Shown here piece after piece: positions 19,751 to 28,914 of a DNA stretch of 64,000 bases (position 1 is its first letter; each line of letters starts with the position of its first letter). This DNA is from Candidatus Latescibacterota bacterium. GTDB lineage: Bacteria > Latescibacterota > UBA2968 > UBA8231. The stretch spans positions 4,640,001-4,704,000 of the forward strand of contig OZ244561.1 of NCBI GenBank assembly GCA_965217585.1, given 5' to 3'. The notes under the pieces are model-generated. The model searched no databases, was not told where the DNA came from, and worked only from the letters and a program-made list of their open reading frames with translations. Both the position numbers and the translations under genes were made by a program.

Positions 19751-21928
19751 ATGACCATTCACACGGAAACCTTTCGCACGGCTGGTGGCGTCGAAGTCAA
19801 ACGCCAGACCGAGGAATTGCCCATAGAAAGGCCACTAAAGTCCCTGCTCGAACGGCTCAATACCCACCGGGGTGCTGTCTTTGCCAGCGGCTACGAGTAT
19901 CCAGGGCGCTATAGCCGCTGGGACATCGGCTTCGTCGATCCGCCGCTGGAACTGGTGGCACGTCAGCGCGCCTTTGCCTTCCGGGCGCTCAACGCACGCG
20001 GCGAGATGCTGCTGGAGACCTTTCGCCGCAGCCTCGCCAAGCACGAGCATGTGACGGAGCTGGCGCTAACCGATGGCCAGCTCAAAGGCGCGGTGGCGCA
20101 GATGCCCGAGTACTTTCCCGAAGAGGAGCGCTCCAAGCAGCCGACGATCTTCAGCGTCCTGCGCGCACTGGTGGCGCAGATGCGAGCTGAAGGCGAAAAT
20201 CACTTGGGATTTTACGGGGCACTGGGCTACGACTTGGTACTCCAGTTTGAGCCGCTTCAACTGCGCCACCCGCGCGGCGAGGCCCGGCCCGATCTGCACC
20301 TCTTTTTGCCAGACGAACTGGTCGTCGTCGATCACCGCAAGGAGCAGGCACGGCGTTACCGCTATGAGTTTGCCGCCGATGGGTTGTCAACCGAGGGCAT
20401 GGAGCGCAGCACGGACGCCGTGTCCTATGTGCGCGGCGCAGCGACCGAGATCACGTGCGACCACGCCCCGGGGGAATACGCCGACAAGGTGCGCGAGGTC
20501 ATCGCCGGGACCGAGCGCGGCGACTTCTTCGAGGTGACGCCGAGCCAGGTGCTCAGCGCTGGCTATGCGGGCAGTCCGCACGCCCTCTTTGAGAATATCC
20601 GCCGCAATAGCCCCAGCCCCTATGAGTTCTTCATCAACCTCGGCGACGAGTATCTGATCGGCGCTTCGCCCGAGATGTTCGTGCGGGTCAACGGGTCATT
20701 CGTCGAGACTTGTCCGATTGCCGGGACCATCGGCCGCGGCAAAACCGTGATGGAAGACGCCGAGCAGATCCGCGACCTGCTCAACTCAAAAAAGGACGAG
20801 GCCGAGCTGAACATGTGTACGGACGTCGATCGCAACGACAAAGCGCGGATTTGCAAGGAAGGCTCGGTGCGGGTGGTCGGGCGGCGGATGATCGAAAGGT
20901 ACTCAAAGGTCTTTCACACTGTGGACCAAGTCGTGGGCGAGCTGAAGGACGACTGCGACGGATTCGACGCTCTGCTTTCGCATATGTGGGCGGTGACGCT
21001 TACCGGCGCGCCCAAGCCGGCGGCCATGCAGAAGATCGAGGAATTGGAAAACTCGGCGCGGCGCTGGTACGGCGGCTGCATCGGCATGTTGCTCTTCAGC
21101 GGCGAGATCAACACCGGGATCACCATCCGCACCGTACACTTGGAGGACGGCATCGCCAAAGTACGGGCCGGTGCCACGCTGCTCTGCGACTCGGACCCCG
21201 ACGCCGAAGAGCGCGAAACTCGGGCCAAGGCCGAGACTTTTATCAACGCGGTGACCGGTGCCGCCGACGCCAAGAAGAAGAGCACCCAAATCGCGACCTC
21301 GGGGCAAGGCAAGCGGGTGCTCTTTGTCGATAATCGCGACTCTTTCGTACATACGCTCGGCGATTACGTGCGGCAGACGGGAGCGGAGGTAGTGACGGTG
21401 CGCGCCGCGAGGTCGCGTGACGGCAGCGACGCGCGGGGCCTGCGCGACTCCCAACGCGTCTTCGCCGACTTTGATCCCAATCTAGTCTTCATCTCGCCGG
21501 GTCCAGGCATGCCCGAGGAGTTCGGAGTGCCGGAGCTGGTCAACGAATGCGTACGGCGCAAGCTACCGGTTTTCGGCGTGTGTCTCGGATTGCAGGGCAT
21601 CGTCGAGGCTCTCGGCGGCGAGTTGGGGATACTTTCCTACCCGATGCACGGCAAGGAATCGACGATCCGCTGTACGCCCGAAGGGATTTTCGACGGATTC
21701 CCCGCGGAATTCGTCGCTGGCCGCTATCACTCGCTCTACGCCGTGCCGGAGAAGTTGCCCGAGTGCTTGCGGGTGTTAGCGCAGACCGACGATGGGGTCA
21801 TCATGGCCGTGGAGCACCGCGATTTGCCGATAGCGGCGGTGCAGTTTCACCCCGAGTCGATCTTGACGCTCGAGGACGATTTGGGCTTGCGGCTGATCGC
21901 CCGAGTAATAGGGAGTTTAGCGCACTGA
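19751..21928 (+). CDS. trpE: Anthranilate synthase, fused components I+II, TrpE(G) type
   Basis: RBS GGAG; YEYPGRYSRWD, SPYEFFINLG, GASPEMFV, TLTGAPK, GATase PGPG/GVCLG/FHPES. Confidence 0.93.
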   Translation: MTIHTETFRTAGGVEVKRQTEELPIERPLKSLLERLNTHRGAVFASGYEYPGRYSRWDIGFVDPPLELVARQRAFAFRALNARGEMLLETFRRSLAKHEHVTELALTDGQLKGAVAQMPEYFPEEERSKQPTIFSVLRALVAQMRAEGENHLGFYGALGYDLVLQFEPLQLRHPRGEARPDLHLFLPDELVVVDHRKEQARRYRYEFAADGLSTEGMERSTDAVSYVRGAATEITCDHAPGEYADKVREVIAGTERGDFFEVTPSQVLSAGYAGSPHALFENIRRNSPSPYEFFINLGDEYLIGASPEMFVRVNGSFVETCPIAGTIGRGKTVMEDAEQIRDLLNSKKDEAELNMCTDVDRNDKARICKEGSVRVVGRRMIERYSKVFHTVDQVVGELKDDCDGFDALLSHMWAVTLTGAPKPAAMQKIEELENSARRWYGGCIGMLLFSGEINTGITIRTVHLEDGIAKVRAGATLLCDSDPDAEERETRAKAETFINAVTGAADAKKKSTQIATSGQGKRVLFVDNRDSFVHTLGDYVRQTGAEVVTVRAARSRDGSDARGLRDSQRVFADFDPNLVFISPGPGMPEEFGVPELVNECVRRKLPVFGVCLGLQGIVEALGGELGILSYPMHGKESTIRCTPEGIFDGFPAEFVAGRYHSLYAVPEKLPECLRVLAQTDDGVIMAVEHRDLPIAAVQFHPESILTLEDDLGLRLIARVIGSLAH

Positions 21929-21932
21929 AACC

Positions 21933-22496
21933 ATGTTGCTGATACTTGATAACTACGACTCCTTTACCTACAATTTGGTGCATTATTTAGAGGAATTAGG
22001 GGCTGCAACCAAGGTCTTGCGCAACGACGAATTGACGGTCGCCGAGGTGGTTGCGCTCGCACCTGAGCACGTCGTTATCTCGCCTGGTCCTGGTGGCCCA
22101 GATCAAGCTGGAATTTCGTGCGCACTCGTCGAGCGGTTGGCCGGTGTGATTCCCATTTTGGGCGTGTGCCTAGGGCACCAAGTCATCGCCCAAGTTTGCG
22201 GCGGGCGCATCGTGCGGGCCGGTGAGATTGTCCACGGCCGCGCGACACCAGTGCAACACGACGGCCGCACGCTCTTTGCCGGGTTGCAAATCCCCTTCGT
22301 CGCCACCCGCTATCACTCGCTGGCCGTGGAGCAGGAGAGTTTGCCTGAGTGCCTCGAAGTATCGGCCACGAGTGAGGATGGGACGATCATGGGGATTCGG
22401 CACCGGCGATGGTCCCTCGAAGGGGTGCAGTTCCACCCCGAATCGATTCTGACGATAGAAGGCAAACAACTGTTGGCCAATTTTCTTTGCTTATGA
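21933..22496 (+). CDS. trpG: Anthranilate/aminodeoxychorismate synthase component II
   Basis: DNYDSFTYNL, SPGPG, GVCLGHQ, RYHSL, QFHPES. Confidence 0.9.
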   Translation: MLLILDNYDSFTYNLVHYLEELGAATKVLRNDELTVAEVVALAPEHVVISPGPGGPDQAGISCALVERLAGVIPILGVCLGHQVIAQVCGGRIVRAGEIVHGRATPVQHDGRTLFAGLQIPFVATRYHSLAVEQESLPECLEVSATSEDGTIMGIRHRRWSLEGVQFHPESILTIEGKQLLANFLCL

Positions 22497-22507
22497 GGAG
22501 CGCAAGC

Positions 22508-23518
22508 ATGATACAAGAAGCTATAAGAGACCTGATCGCCGGAGCAGACCTAGGCCGCGCGAAGATGCGAGCGGTGATGGAGCAGATTATGAGTGGCCAA
22601 GCCACAGATGCTCAAATCGGCGCTTTTCTCGTCGCTCTGCGGATCAAGGGCGAGACTATCGACGAGATCGCCGGTGGTGCCGAAGTGATGCGCGAGAAAG
22701 CTACGCCGATAGTGACGGTGCGCCCCGACCTCATCGACACCTGCGGCACTGGCGGCGATGATTCAGGGACCTTCAATATCTCTACGACGGTAGCCTTTGT
22801 CGCTTGCGGCGCGGGCCTAGCGGTGGCCAAACACGGCACCCGCTCCATATCGAGCCAGTGCGGCTCGTCGGACGTGCTCACCGCGCTAGGGGTCAACATC
22901 GAAGCCACGCCGGAAAAGGTCGGCGAGTGCATCGACGAAGTCGGCATCGGCTTCCTCTTCGCGATAGCCTTGCACGGAGCGATGAAACACGCCATTGGTC
23001 CGCGCAGGGAGTTAGCTACCCGCACGGTTTTTAACATCTTGGGGCCGCTGACCAATCCGGCTGGGGCCAAAAGGCAATTGCTCGGCGTGTTCGACGGCGC
23101 GTTGACCGAGGCGCTCGCTGGAGTGCTGCGCGAGTTGGGATCGGAGCGGGCCTTGGTGGTACACGGCTCGGACGGGCTGGACGAGATCACGCTGACGGGG
23201 CCGACGCAGGTCAGCGAGCTTAGAGACGGTCAGATTAGTACGCGTCAGATCCACCCAGGGGATTTTGGTTTGCAGACAGTCGCAGCCGAGGCGCTCAAAG
23301 GCGGCGATGCGGACTACAATGCGCGCATTCTGCGCGAGGTGCTCGACGGCAAGGAGGGGCCGCAGCGCGATGTGGTGCTGCTCAACGCGGCGGCGGCGAT
23401 GGTCGTTGGCGGGCTGGCCGAGGATGTAACCGCTGGTCTCGAACGGGCCCGAGCGTCCATCGACTCAGGCAAGGCGCGTCAAGCCCTCGATCGGCTGGTC
23501 GAAGTAAGCAACTCCTGA
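22508..23518 (+). CDS. trpD: Anthranilate phosphoribosyltransferase
   Basis: RBS GAGGAG; DTCGTGGD, FNIST, TVFNILGPLTNP, DGLDE. Confidence 0.95.
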   Translation: MIQEAIRDLIAGADLGRAKMRAVMEQIMSGQATDAQIGAFLVALRIKGETIDEIAGGAEVMREKATPIVTVRPDLIDTCGTGGDDSGTFNISTTVAFVACGAGLAVAKHGTRSISSQCGSSDVLTALGVNIEATPEKVGECIDEVGIGFLFAIALHGAMKHAIGPRRELATRTVFNILGPLTNPAGAKRQLLGVFDGALTEALAGVLRELGSERALVVHGSDGLDEITLTGPTQVSELRDGQISTRQIHPGDFGLQTVAAEALKGGDADYNARILREVLDGKEGPQRDVVLLNAAAAMVVGGLAEDVTAGLERARASIDSGKARQALDRLVEVSNS

Positions 23519-23520
23519 AC

Positions 23521-24300
23521 ATGGCCGATATACTAAGCGAAATAGCCGCGTATAAGCGCGAGTTCGTCACCGACCGCCAGCGCCAGCGCAGTTTGGCCGA
23601 TGTGCGCGCGCAGGCTCGCGATACGGCGGTGCCGGCCGATTTCCAAGGTGCGCTGGCTGCGGACGGGATCGCGCTGATCGCCGAGGTGAAAAAAGCCTCG
23701 CCGTCCAAGGGCATCATTCGCGCCGACTTCGACCCGGAACGGATCGCCGATGCGTATGCCGCCAACGGCGCGCGCTGTCTTTCGGTATTGACGGACGAGG
23801 CGTATTTTCAGGGTTGCGACGCGCATTTACAGGCCGCCAAGGCGGTTGCGGGCTTGCCGGTGTTGCGCAAGGACTTCACCATTGACGAGTACCAGCTCTA
23901 CGAGGCCCGCGTCATTGGTGCCGATGCCATTTTGCTGATCGCAGCACTGATGGACTCTAGCCAACTCGACGATTGCCTCGGGCTGGCCGGCGAGTTGGGG
24001 TTGAGTGCGCTGGTGGAAGTTCACGACGACGACGAGCTTTTGCGCGCCAAAGCAGCCGGGGCCGGCTTAGTGGGCATCAACAACCGCGACCTGCGAACTT
24101 TTGCGACCACGCTCGAAACCACGTTCGCTCTCTTGCCCCAAGTACCCAAAGGCACGGTCGTCGTCAGCGAGAGCGGGATTGGGGATCGCCGCGATGTCGA
24201 GCGGCTGGCGGCTGCGGGCGTCGATGCGATCTTGGTCGGCGAATCCCTGATGCGCGAAACCGATATCGGGGCTAAAGTGAGGGAGTTACTAGGCACGTGA
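23521..24300 (+). CDS. trpC: Indole-3-glycerol phosphate synthase
   Basis: IAEVKKASPSKG, LRKDF, GINNRDL, SESGI. Confidence 0.95.
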   Translation: MADILSEIAAYKREFVTDRQRQRSLADVRAQARDTAVPADFQGALAADGIALIAEVKKASPSKGIIRADFDPERIADAYAANGARCLSVLTDEAYFQGCDAHLQAAKAVAGLPVLRKDFTIDEYQLYEARVIGADAILLIAALMDSSQLDDCLGLAGELGLSALVEVHDDDELLRAKAAGAGLVGINNRDLRTFATTLETTFALLPQVPKGTVVVSESGIGDRRDVERLAAAGVDAILVGESLMRETDIGAKVRELLGT

Positions 24301-25280
24301 AAAGACGAGTGTTTTCGGGCATTCAGCCTTCGGGACACATCCACATCGGCAACTACATCGGGGCCGTCCGCAATTGGTTGGCCAACCTAGAGGACCGCGA
24401 CAACATCTTCTGCGTAGTCGATCAGCACGCGATCACCGGGCCCTACGACCCGGAGGCTTTGCGCCGCGGCACGCGCGAGGCCGTGGCCCTGTACATCGCC
24501 TGCGGCCTCGATCCGCAAAAGTGCCACCTCTTCGTGCAGTCGCACATCCCAGCGCACACCGAGTTGGCTTGGCTTTTGACCTGCGTCACGCCCATGGGCT
24601 GGCTGGAGAGGATGACCCAGTTCAAGGATCGGGTGGGTGCGCGGCGTGGGCGCATCGGCACGGGGCTGTTCGTCTATCCGACGTTGATGGCCGCCGACAT
24701 CCTGCTCTATCAGGCGCACGAGGTGCCCGTCGGCGACGACCAAAAACAGCACGTGGAACTGACGCGCGACATTGCCGAGCGCTTCAACCGCCAGTTCGGC
24801 GAGGTATTCACCGTGCCCGAGCCGGTCATTCCCACGGTTGGTGCGCGGATCATGGGGCTCGACGATCCGACCGCGAAAATGTCTAAGTCCGCCGAGGGTC
24901 GGTTCCACAGCATCGGCCTGCTCGATGACCCGGCCACCGTCCGCAAGGCCATCATGCGCGCGGTGACGGATTCGCAGCGGGGCATTGTCTTCGATCCGAA
25001 TCGCTCCGGGCTGTACAATCTCCTGACAATCTATCAGTCGTTGACCGGCCTAGGGCACGCCGAGATTGAGGCGCATTTTGCTGGCAAGGGCTACGGCGAC
25101 TTGAAAAAGGAACTGGTCGAAGTGGTCATCGCCGAGATCGAGCCGATCCAAGCTCGCTATCGGGAGTTGACGGCGGATCCCGCGTATATCGACGAGGTGC
25201 TCAGGCACAGTGTCGAGCAGTTGCGCCCAATCGCGGACGCGACCATGGACGCGGTCCGCCGAGCCATGGGCCATCGATGA
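24297..25280 (+). CDS. trpS: Tryptophan--tRNA ligase
   Basis: FSGIQPSG, HIGNY, VPVGDDQKQH, KMSKS. Confidence 0.95.
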   Translation: MKRRVFSGIQPSGHIHIGNYIGAVRNWLANLEDRDNIFCVVDQHAITGPYDPEALRRGTREAVALYIACGLDPQKCHLFVQSHIPAHTELAWLLTCVTPMGWLERMTQFKDRVGARRGRIGTGLFVYPTLMAADILLYQAHEVPVGDDQKQHVELTRDIAERFNRQFGEVFTVPEPVIPTVGARIMGLDDPTAKMSKSAEGRFHSIGLLDDPATVRKAIMRAVTDSQRGIVFDPNRSGLYNLLTIYQSLTGLGHAEIEAHFAGKGYGDLKKELVEVVIAEIEPIQARYRELTADPAYIDEVLRHSVEQLRPIADATMDAVRRAMGHR

Positions 25281-25290
25281 GAGGATAGCT

Positions 25291-25557
25291 ATGGACCTGA
25301 GTGACTGGCGCGAACGCATAGATAATATCGACCATCAACTGATTGACCTGCTCAACGAGCGCATGCACTGCGCGCAAGAGATTGGGCGAGTTAAAAAGGC
25401 TGCGGGAAGACCAATACGCGATCCCGAGCGCGAGCTCGATGTGATCGCCAAGATCAAAGCCTACAACAACCAAGGGATTATTAAAGACGAGGCCCTAGAG
25501 GCGCTCTACCGACTGCTCATCGATCTGACCACCAACTTCGAGCGCGAGGAGGCTTAG
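25291..25557 (+). CDS. Chorismate mutase (AroQ type)
   Basis: LSDWRERIDNIDHQLIDLLNER, IGRVK, DPERE. Confidence 0.9.
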   Translation: MDLSDWRERIDNIDHQLIDLLNERMHCAQEIGRVKKAAGRPIRDPERELDVIAKIKAYNNQGIIKDEALEALYRLLIDLTTNFEREEA

Positions 25558-26654
25558 TCTTCTTCCGGCGGGCAGTCATCGTCGGCGTGGGCCTGATTGG
25601 CGGCTCGATAGGCTTGGCGCTCAAGCGCACCGGCTTCGGCGGGCGGCTTGTGGGTGTCAGCCGCCCCGCAACCATCGCCCGCGCATTGGAACTGGGCGTG
25701 GTTGACGAGGGTTGGGGCTACGACGAGCTGGATCAAGCCCTCAAAGGGGCCGACCTAGTTTTTATCTGCACCCCAATCAGGCGGATTCTCACGCTGATTG
25801 AGGAAGTGGGTCGGCTCGCCGAGCCGGGGACCCTAGTTACCGATGTGGGGAGCACCAAGCGGCGCATCGTCGCGGTGGCCCAAGCTCATTTCAGCGACGA
25901 GGTGTACTTTGTCGGCGGCCACCCGATGGCCGGCTCCGAAAAGGCGGGCGTGGCTGCGGCCGATCCGTTCCTCTTCCAGAATGCGATCTATATTTTGGTC
26001 CCCGATCAGCAGGTGCCAGCCGACCGCTACCAAGCATTGACCGCGCTCCTACGACAGGTCGGGGCGCGGGTGATGGAACTAGACGCTGCGGCACACGACC
26101 GGGCGGTCGCCGCTATCAGCCACCTGCCGCAGATGTTGGCGACCTCGCTGGTGGGCATGGTCGGGCGGCTAAATGCCGAGCGCGATCACTTCCTGCCGCT
26201 GGCTGCTGGTGGTTTCCGCGACTTGACGCGGATTGCCTCTAGCCCGTTCGCGCCGGTGTGGGAGGATATCTGCGCGACCAATGCCGACGAGATCCGCGCG
26301 ATGATCGACCGCTACATCGCCGCGCTCGCGGATGTGAGAGAGCGGCTGGAAGCAGCGGAGCTAAAGGCGGATTTCGATTTTGCCAACGAGATTCGGGGGT
26401 CCATCCCGAGGGATTCAAAGGGGTTTATCCACGTGCTGCACGAGATCTTGGTGCTAGCCGAGGACCGGCCAGGCGTCATCGCTGAGATCGGGCAGGCGCT
26501 GGGGGCGCAAGGGGTAAACATCAATGATATTGAGGTGATGAAGGTGCGCGAGGGCGAAGGGGGGACGCTGCGGCTGGGATTTGACAGCGCAGAGAGCGCG
26601 GAAAACGCGCTGGGAATTTTGGCGCGGCTCGGGTATGGGGCGCGGAGACCCTAG
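25557..26654 (+). CDS. tyrA: Prephenate dehydrogenase with C-terminal ACT domain (start uncertain)
   Basis: RAVIVGVGLIGGS Rossmann, TDVGSTK, GGHPMAGSE, ISHLPQ, GGFRDLTRIA, DRPGVIA; first canonical start (25587) lies inside the Rossmann motif. Confidence 0.88.
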   Translation, partial: VFFRRAVIVGVGLIGGSIGLALKRTGFGGRLVGVSRPATIARALELGVVDEGWGYDELDQALKGADLVFICTPIRRILTLIEEVGRLAEPGTLVTDVGSTKRRIVAVAQAHFSDEVYFVGGHPMAGSEKAGVAAADPFLFQNAIYILVPDQQVPADRYQALTALLRQVGARVMELDAAAHDRAVAAISHLPQMLATSLVGMVGRLNAERDHFLPLAAGGFRDLTRIASSPFAPVWEDICATNADEIRAMIDRYIAALADVRERLEAAELKADFDFANEIRGSIPRDSKGFIHVLHEILVLAEDRPGVIAEIGQALGAQGVNINDIEVMKVREGEGGTLRLGFDSAESAENALGILARLGYGARRP

Positions 26655-26657
26655 GCG

Positions 26658-27881
26658 ATGGCAGCAATCGTAAGCCCAGCCAAGAAGATTGCGGGGCAGG
26701 TCTCGGTGCCCGGAGAGCGGGAGCCAGCCGAGCGCGCACTCGCGTTGTCCGCGCTGAGCGAAGGAGATAGCGTTGTCCGCAACGCGCCCGTTGCCGCTGG
26801 CCGCGTGGTCGCTTTGTTGCGCGAGTTGGGCGTTGACATTGCCGAGCGCGCAGGCACCCATGAGGTGCGTGGCGTTGGGTTGCGGGGGTTTCAGGGCGCA
26901 GCGGCCCCACTCGACCTAGAGGGGTTGGGCGATACCGCGCTGTTGTTACTCCCCCTGCTCGCTGGGCAAACGTTTCGCTCGCGGGTGAAGTTGGGAATGG
27001 AAGCCGAGCGGTGTCGGCTACTGCTCGACCTGCTGGCTCAGCTCGGGTTCGCCGTCGAACAGGAGTGCGCGGGCACCTTTGTAATCGGGGGTCAGCAGGC
27101 CAAAGGGTTCGTCCTCTCCGAGGCACCGCCGACCGACGCCCTAGCCCTGGGCTCGATGGTGGCCGCGCTCTTTGCCGAGGGGACGACCGCGCTGAAAACC
27201 GGCAGCCGCGTGGAGCGCTTGTTGCGCGGGCGCGGGGTCGCTGTCGAGCGGCGCAAACTGCTGCTGGTAGAGGGCGGGCAGGCGCTGCAGGGCGTTGACG
27301 TAGAGGTGCCCGGGCAACTCGCGTTGACCTATCCGCTCATGGGGGCTGCGCTGTGCCGCAAGGGGTCGGAGCTGACCATCAAGCGCGTGGCCATTCGCCC
27401 TGGGCAGCGGGCCTTCTTGGATTTGCTGCGGCAGATTGGGGCGCAGATCGCTGCGGAAAACCTCGGGGGAAACGAGTGCGATTTGCACGTGAGCGCCAGT
27501 CAGTTAAAGGCCACGCGTGTGGCCGGATCGCGGGCGGCCAGGGTCGCCGATCAGATCGCGTTGCTAGCGGTCTTGACGACCCAGGCGAAGGGGACGACGG
27601 TCATCCGCGATATCGAAGACATGCCGCACGTAGAGCATTTGTGCGCCGCGCTGCGCTCGCTCGATGCGCGGATTGGCCAGTTCCCAGAGGGGCTCGTTAT
27701 CAAAGGCGGCTTTCCGCTCCAAGGCGGCCAGCTCGACGGCAAGGGCGACCCTAATTTAACCATGGCTTTTGCCGTGGCTGGGCTGTTGGCCGAAGGGGAG
27801 TTGACCATCCAAGGCAGCGAGTGCTTGACGTCCATCTGGCCCGATTTTTTTCAGACCGTACACCTTATGCGAGGAGATTAA
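26658..27881 (+). CDS. AroA/EPSP synthase-fold protein with degenerate active site
   Basis: Collinear with class II AroA (GQVSVPG, TQAKGTTVIRD, MAFAVAGL.AEG...I, WPDFF) but catalytic motifs replaced. Confidence 0.8.
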   Translation: MAAIVSPAKKIAGQVSVPGEREPAERALALSALSEGDSVVRNAPVAAGRVVALLRELGVDIAERAGTHEVRGVGLRGFQGAAAPLDLEGLGDTALLLLPLLAGQTFRSRVKLGMEAERCRLLLDLLAQLGFAVEQECAGTFVIGGQQAKGFVLSEAPPTDALALGSMVAALFAEGTTALKTGSRVERLLRGRGVAVERRKLLLVEGGQALQGVDVEVPGQLALTYPLMGAALCRKGSELTIKRVAIRPGQRAFLDLLRQIGAQIAAENLGGNECDLHVSASQLKATRVAGSRAARVADQIALLAVLTTQAKGTTVIRDIEDMPHVEHLCAALRSLDARIGQFPEGLVIKGGFPLQGGQLDGKGDPNLTMAFAVAGLLAEGELTIQGSECLTSIWPDFFQTVHLMRGD

Positions 27882-27883
27882 AT

Positions 27884-28024
27884 ATGCTGGGGCTCTTTCG
27901 GCTCTTTATGTGCGTGGCTGTGCTGTTGAGCGGCGGCCTACTCGCCATCCGCTTGCTCTACGGAGTATCGTGGCGCGAATCCCTGGAAATTGCTAACTGC
28001 TTCATTGAGGATTTGCTCGGGTGA
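27884..28024 (+). CDS. Small hypothetical membrane protein (46 aa)
   Basis: RBS GAGGAG, ATG 27884, one hydrophobic helix, GTGA overlap with aroE. Confidence 0.65.
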   Translation: MLGLFRLFMCVAVLLSGGLLAIRLLYGVSWRESLEIANCFIEDLLG

Positions 28025-28869
28025 TTTCCGGGACGACGCGAGTGCTCGGCGTCATCGGTGACCCGGTCGCGCACACGGCGTCGCCGGCCATGCACAACGC
28101 CGCGCTCAGGGCGCTGAATCTCAACTATGCGTACGCGGCGTTCCGCGTCGCTCCCGCAGCCTTGCCCCAAGCTCTCGCCGGAATGCGCGCCCTCGGCATG
28201 GTTGGGCTGAATGTAACCGTGCCGCACAAGCAGGCCGTCATGGCCCATCTAGACGAAATTTCCGCAGAGGCCCAGAGCATTGGCGCGGTCAATACCATTG
28301 CCAACCGCGATGGTCGGCTCGTGGGGTACAACACCGACGCCTTTGGGATCGTCCAAAGCCTCAAGGTCGATGGCGATTTGGACCCGCTGCCGCCCAAGGT
28401 CGCGCTCCTCGGTGCGGGCGGCGCGGCGCGGGCCGTTCTCTACGCGCTACTGGCACGGGACGAGGTGGAGGAGGTGCTGCTACTCAACCGCACGGTGGAA
28501 AAGGCCATAGCCCTCGCTGGCGACCTCGACAGCGCCGGCAAGGTGCGGGTTGGGTCGCTGGCAGAGACCGGGCCGATTGGGGACGCTGGTTTGCTCATCA
28601 ATGCCACGGCGCTGGGAATGCACCCCCGCGAAGACGTTTCGCCGCTGGCGGACCCATCGTGTCTGCACGAGCACATGCTGGTCGCCGACATTGTGTACAA
28701 CCCGTTGGAGACCACGCTCATGCGGCAGGCTGCAGCCGCTGGTGCATCCGCGATCAACGGCTTGGGGATGCTCGCTTGGCAGGGCGCTCGCTCGTTCGAG
28801 ATATGGACGGGTGTCGAGCCGCCGGTCGAGGCAATGATGGCGGCCGCACTGGAGCATTTTCCTGATTAG
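28021..28869 (+). CDS. aroE: Shikimate dehydrogenase
   Basis: GDPVAHTASPAMHN, NVTVPHK, GAVNT, NTDA.G, GAGGAARA, DIVYNP. Confidence 0.93.
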   Translation: MISGTTRVLGVIGDPVAHTASPAMHNAALRALNLNYAYAAFRVAPAALPQALAGMRALGMVGLNVTVPHKQAVMAHLDEISAEAQSIGAVNTIANRDGRLVGYNTDAFGIVQSLKVDGDLDPLPPKVALLGAGGAARAVLYALLARDEVEEVLLLNRTVEKAIALAGDLDSAGKVRVGSLAETGPIGDAGLLINATALGMHPREDVSPLADPSCLHEHMLVADIVYNPLETTLMRQAAAAGASAINGLGMLAWQGARSFEIWTGVEPPVEAMMAAALEHFPD

Positions 28870-28914
28870 ACCGTTGGTTGGATGGACTAAAAAGAATAAC
28901 AACATAGATAACGC

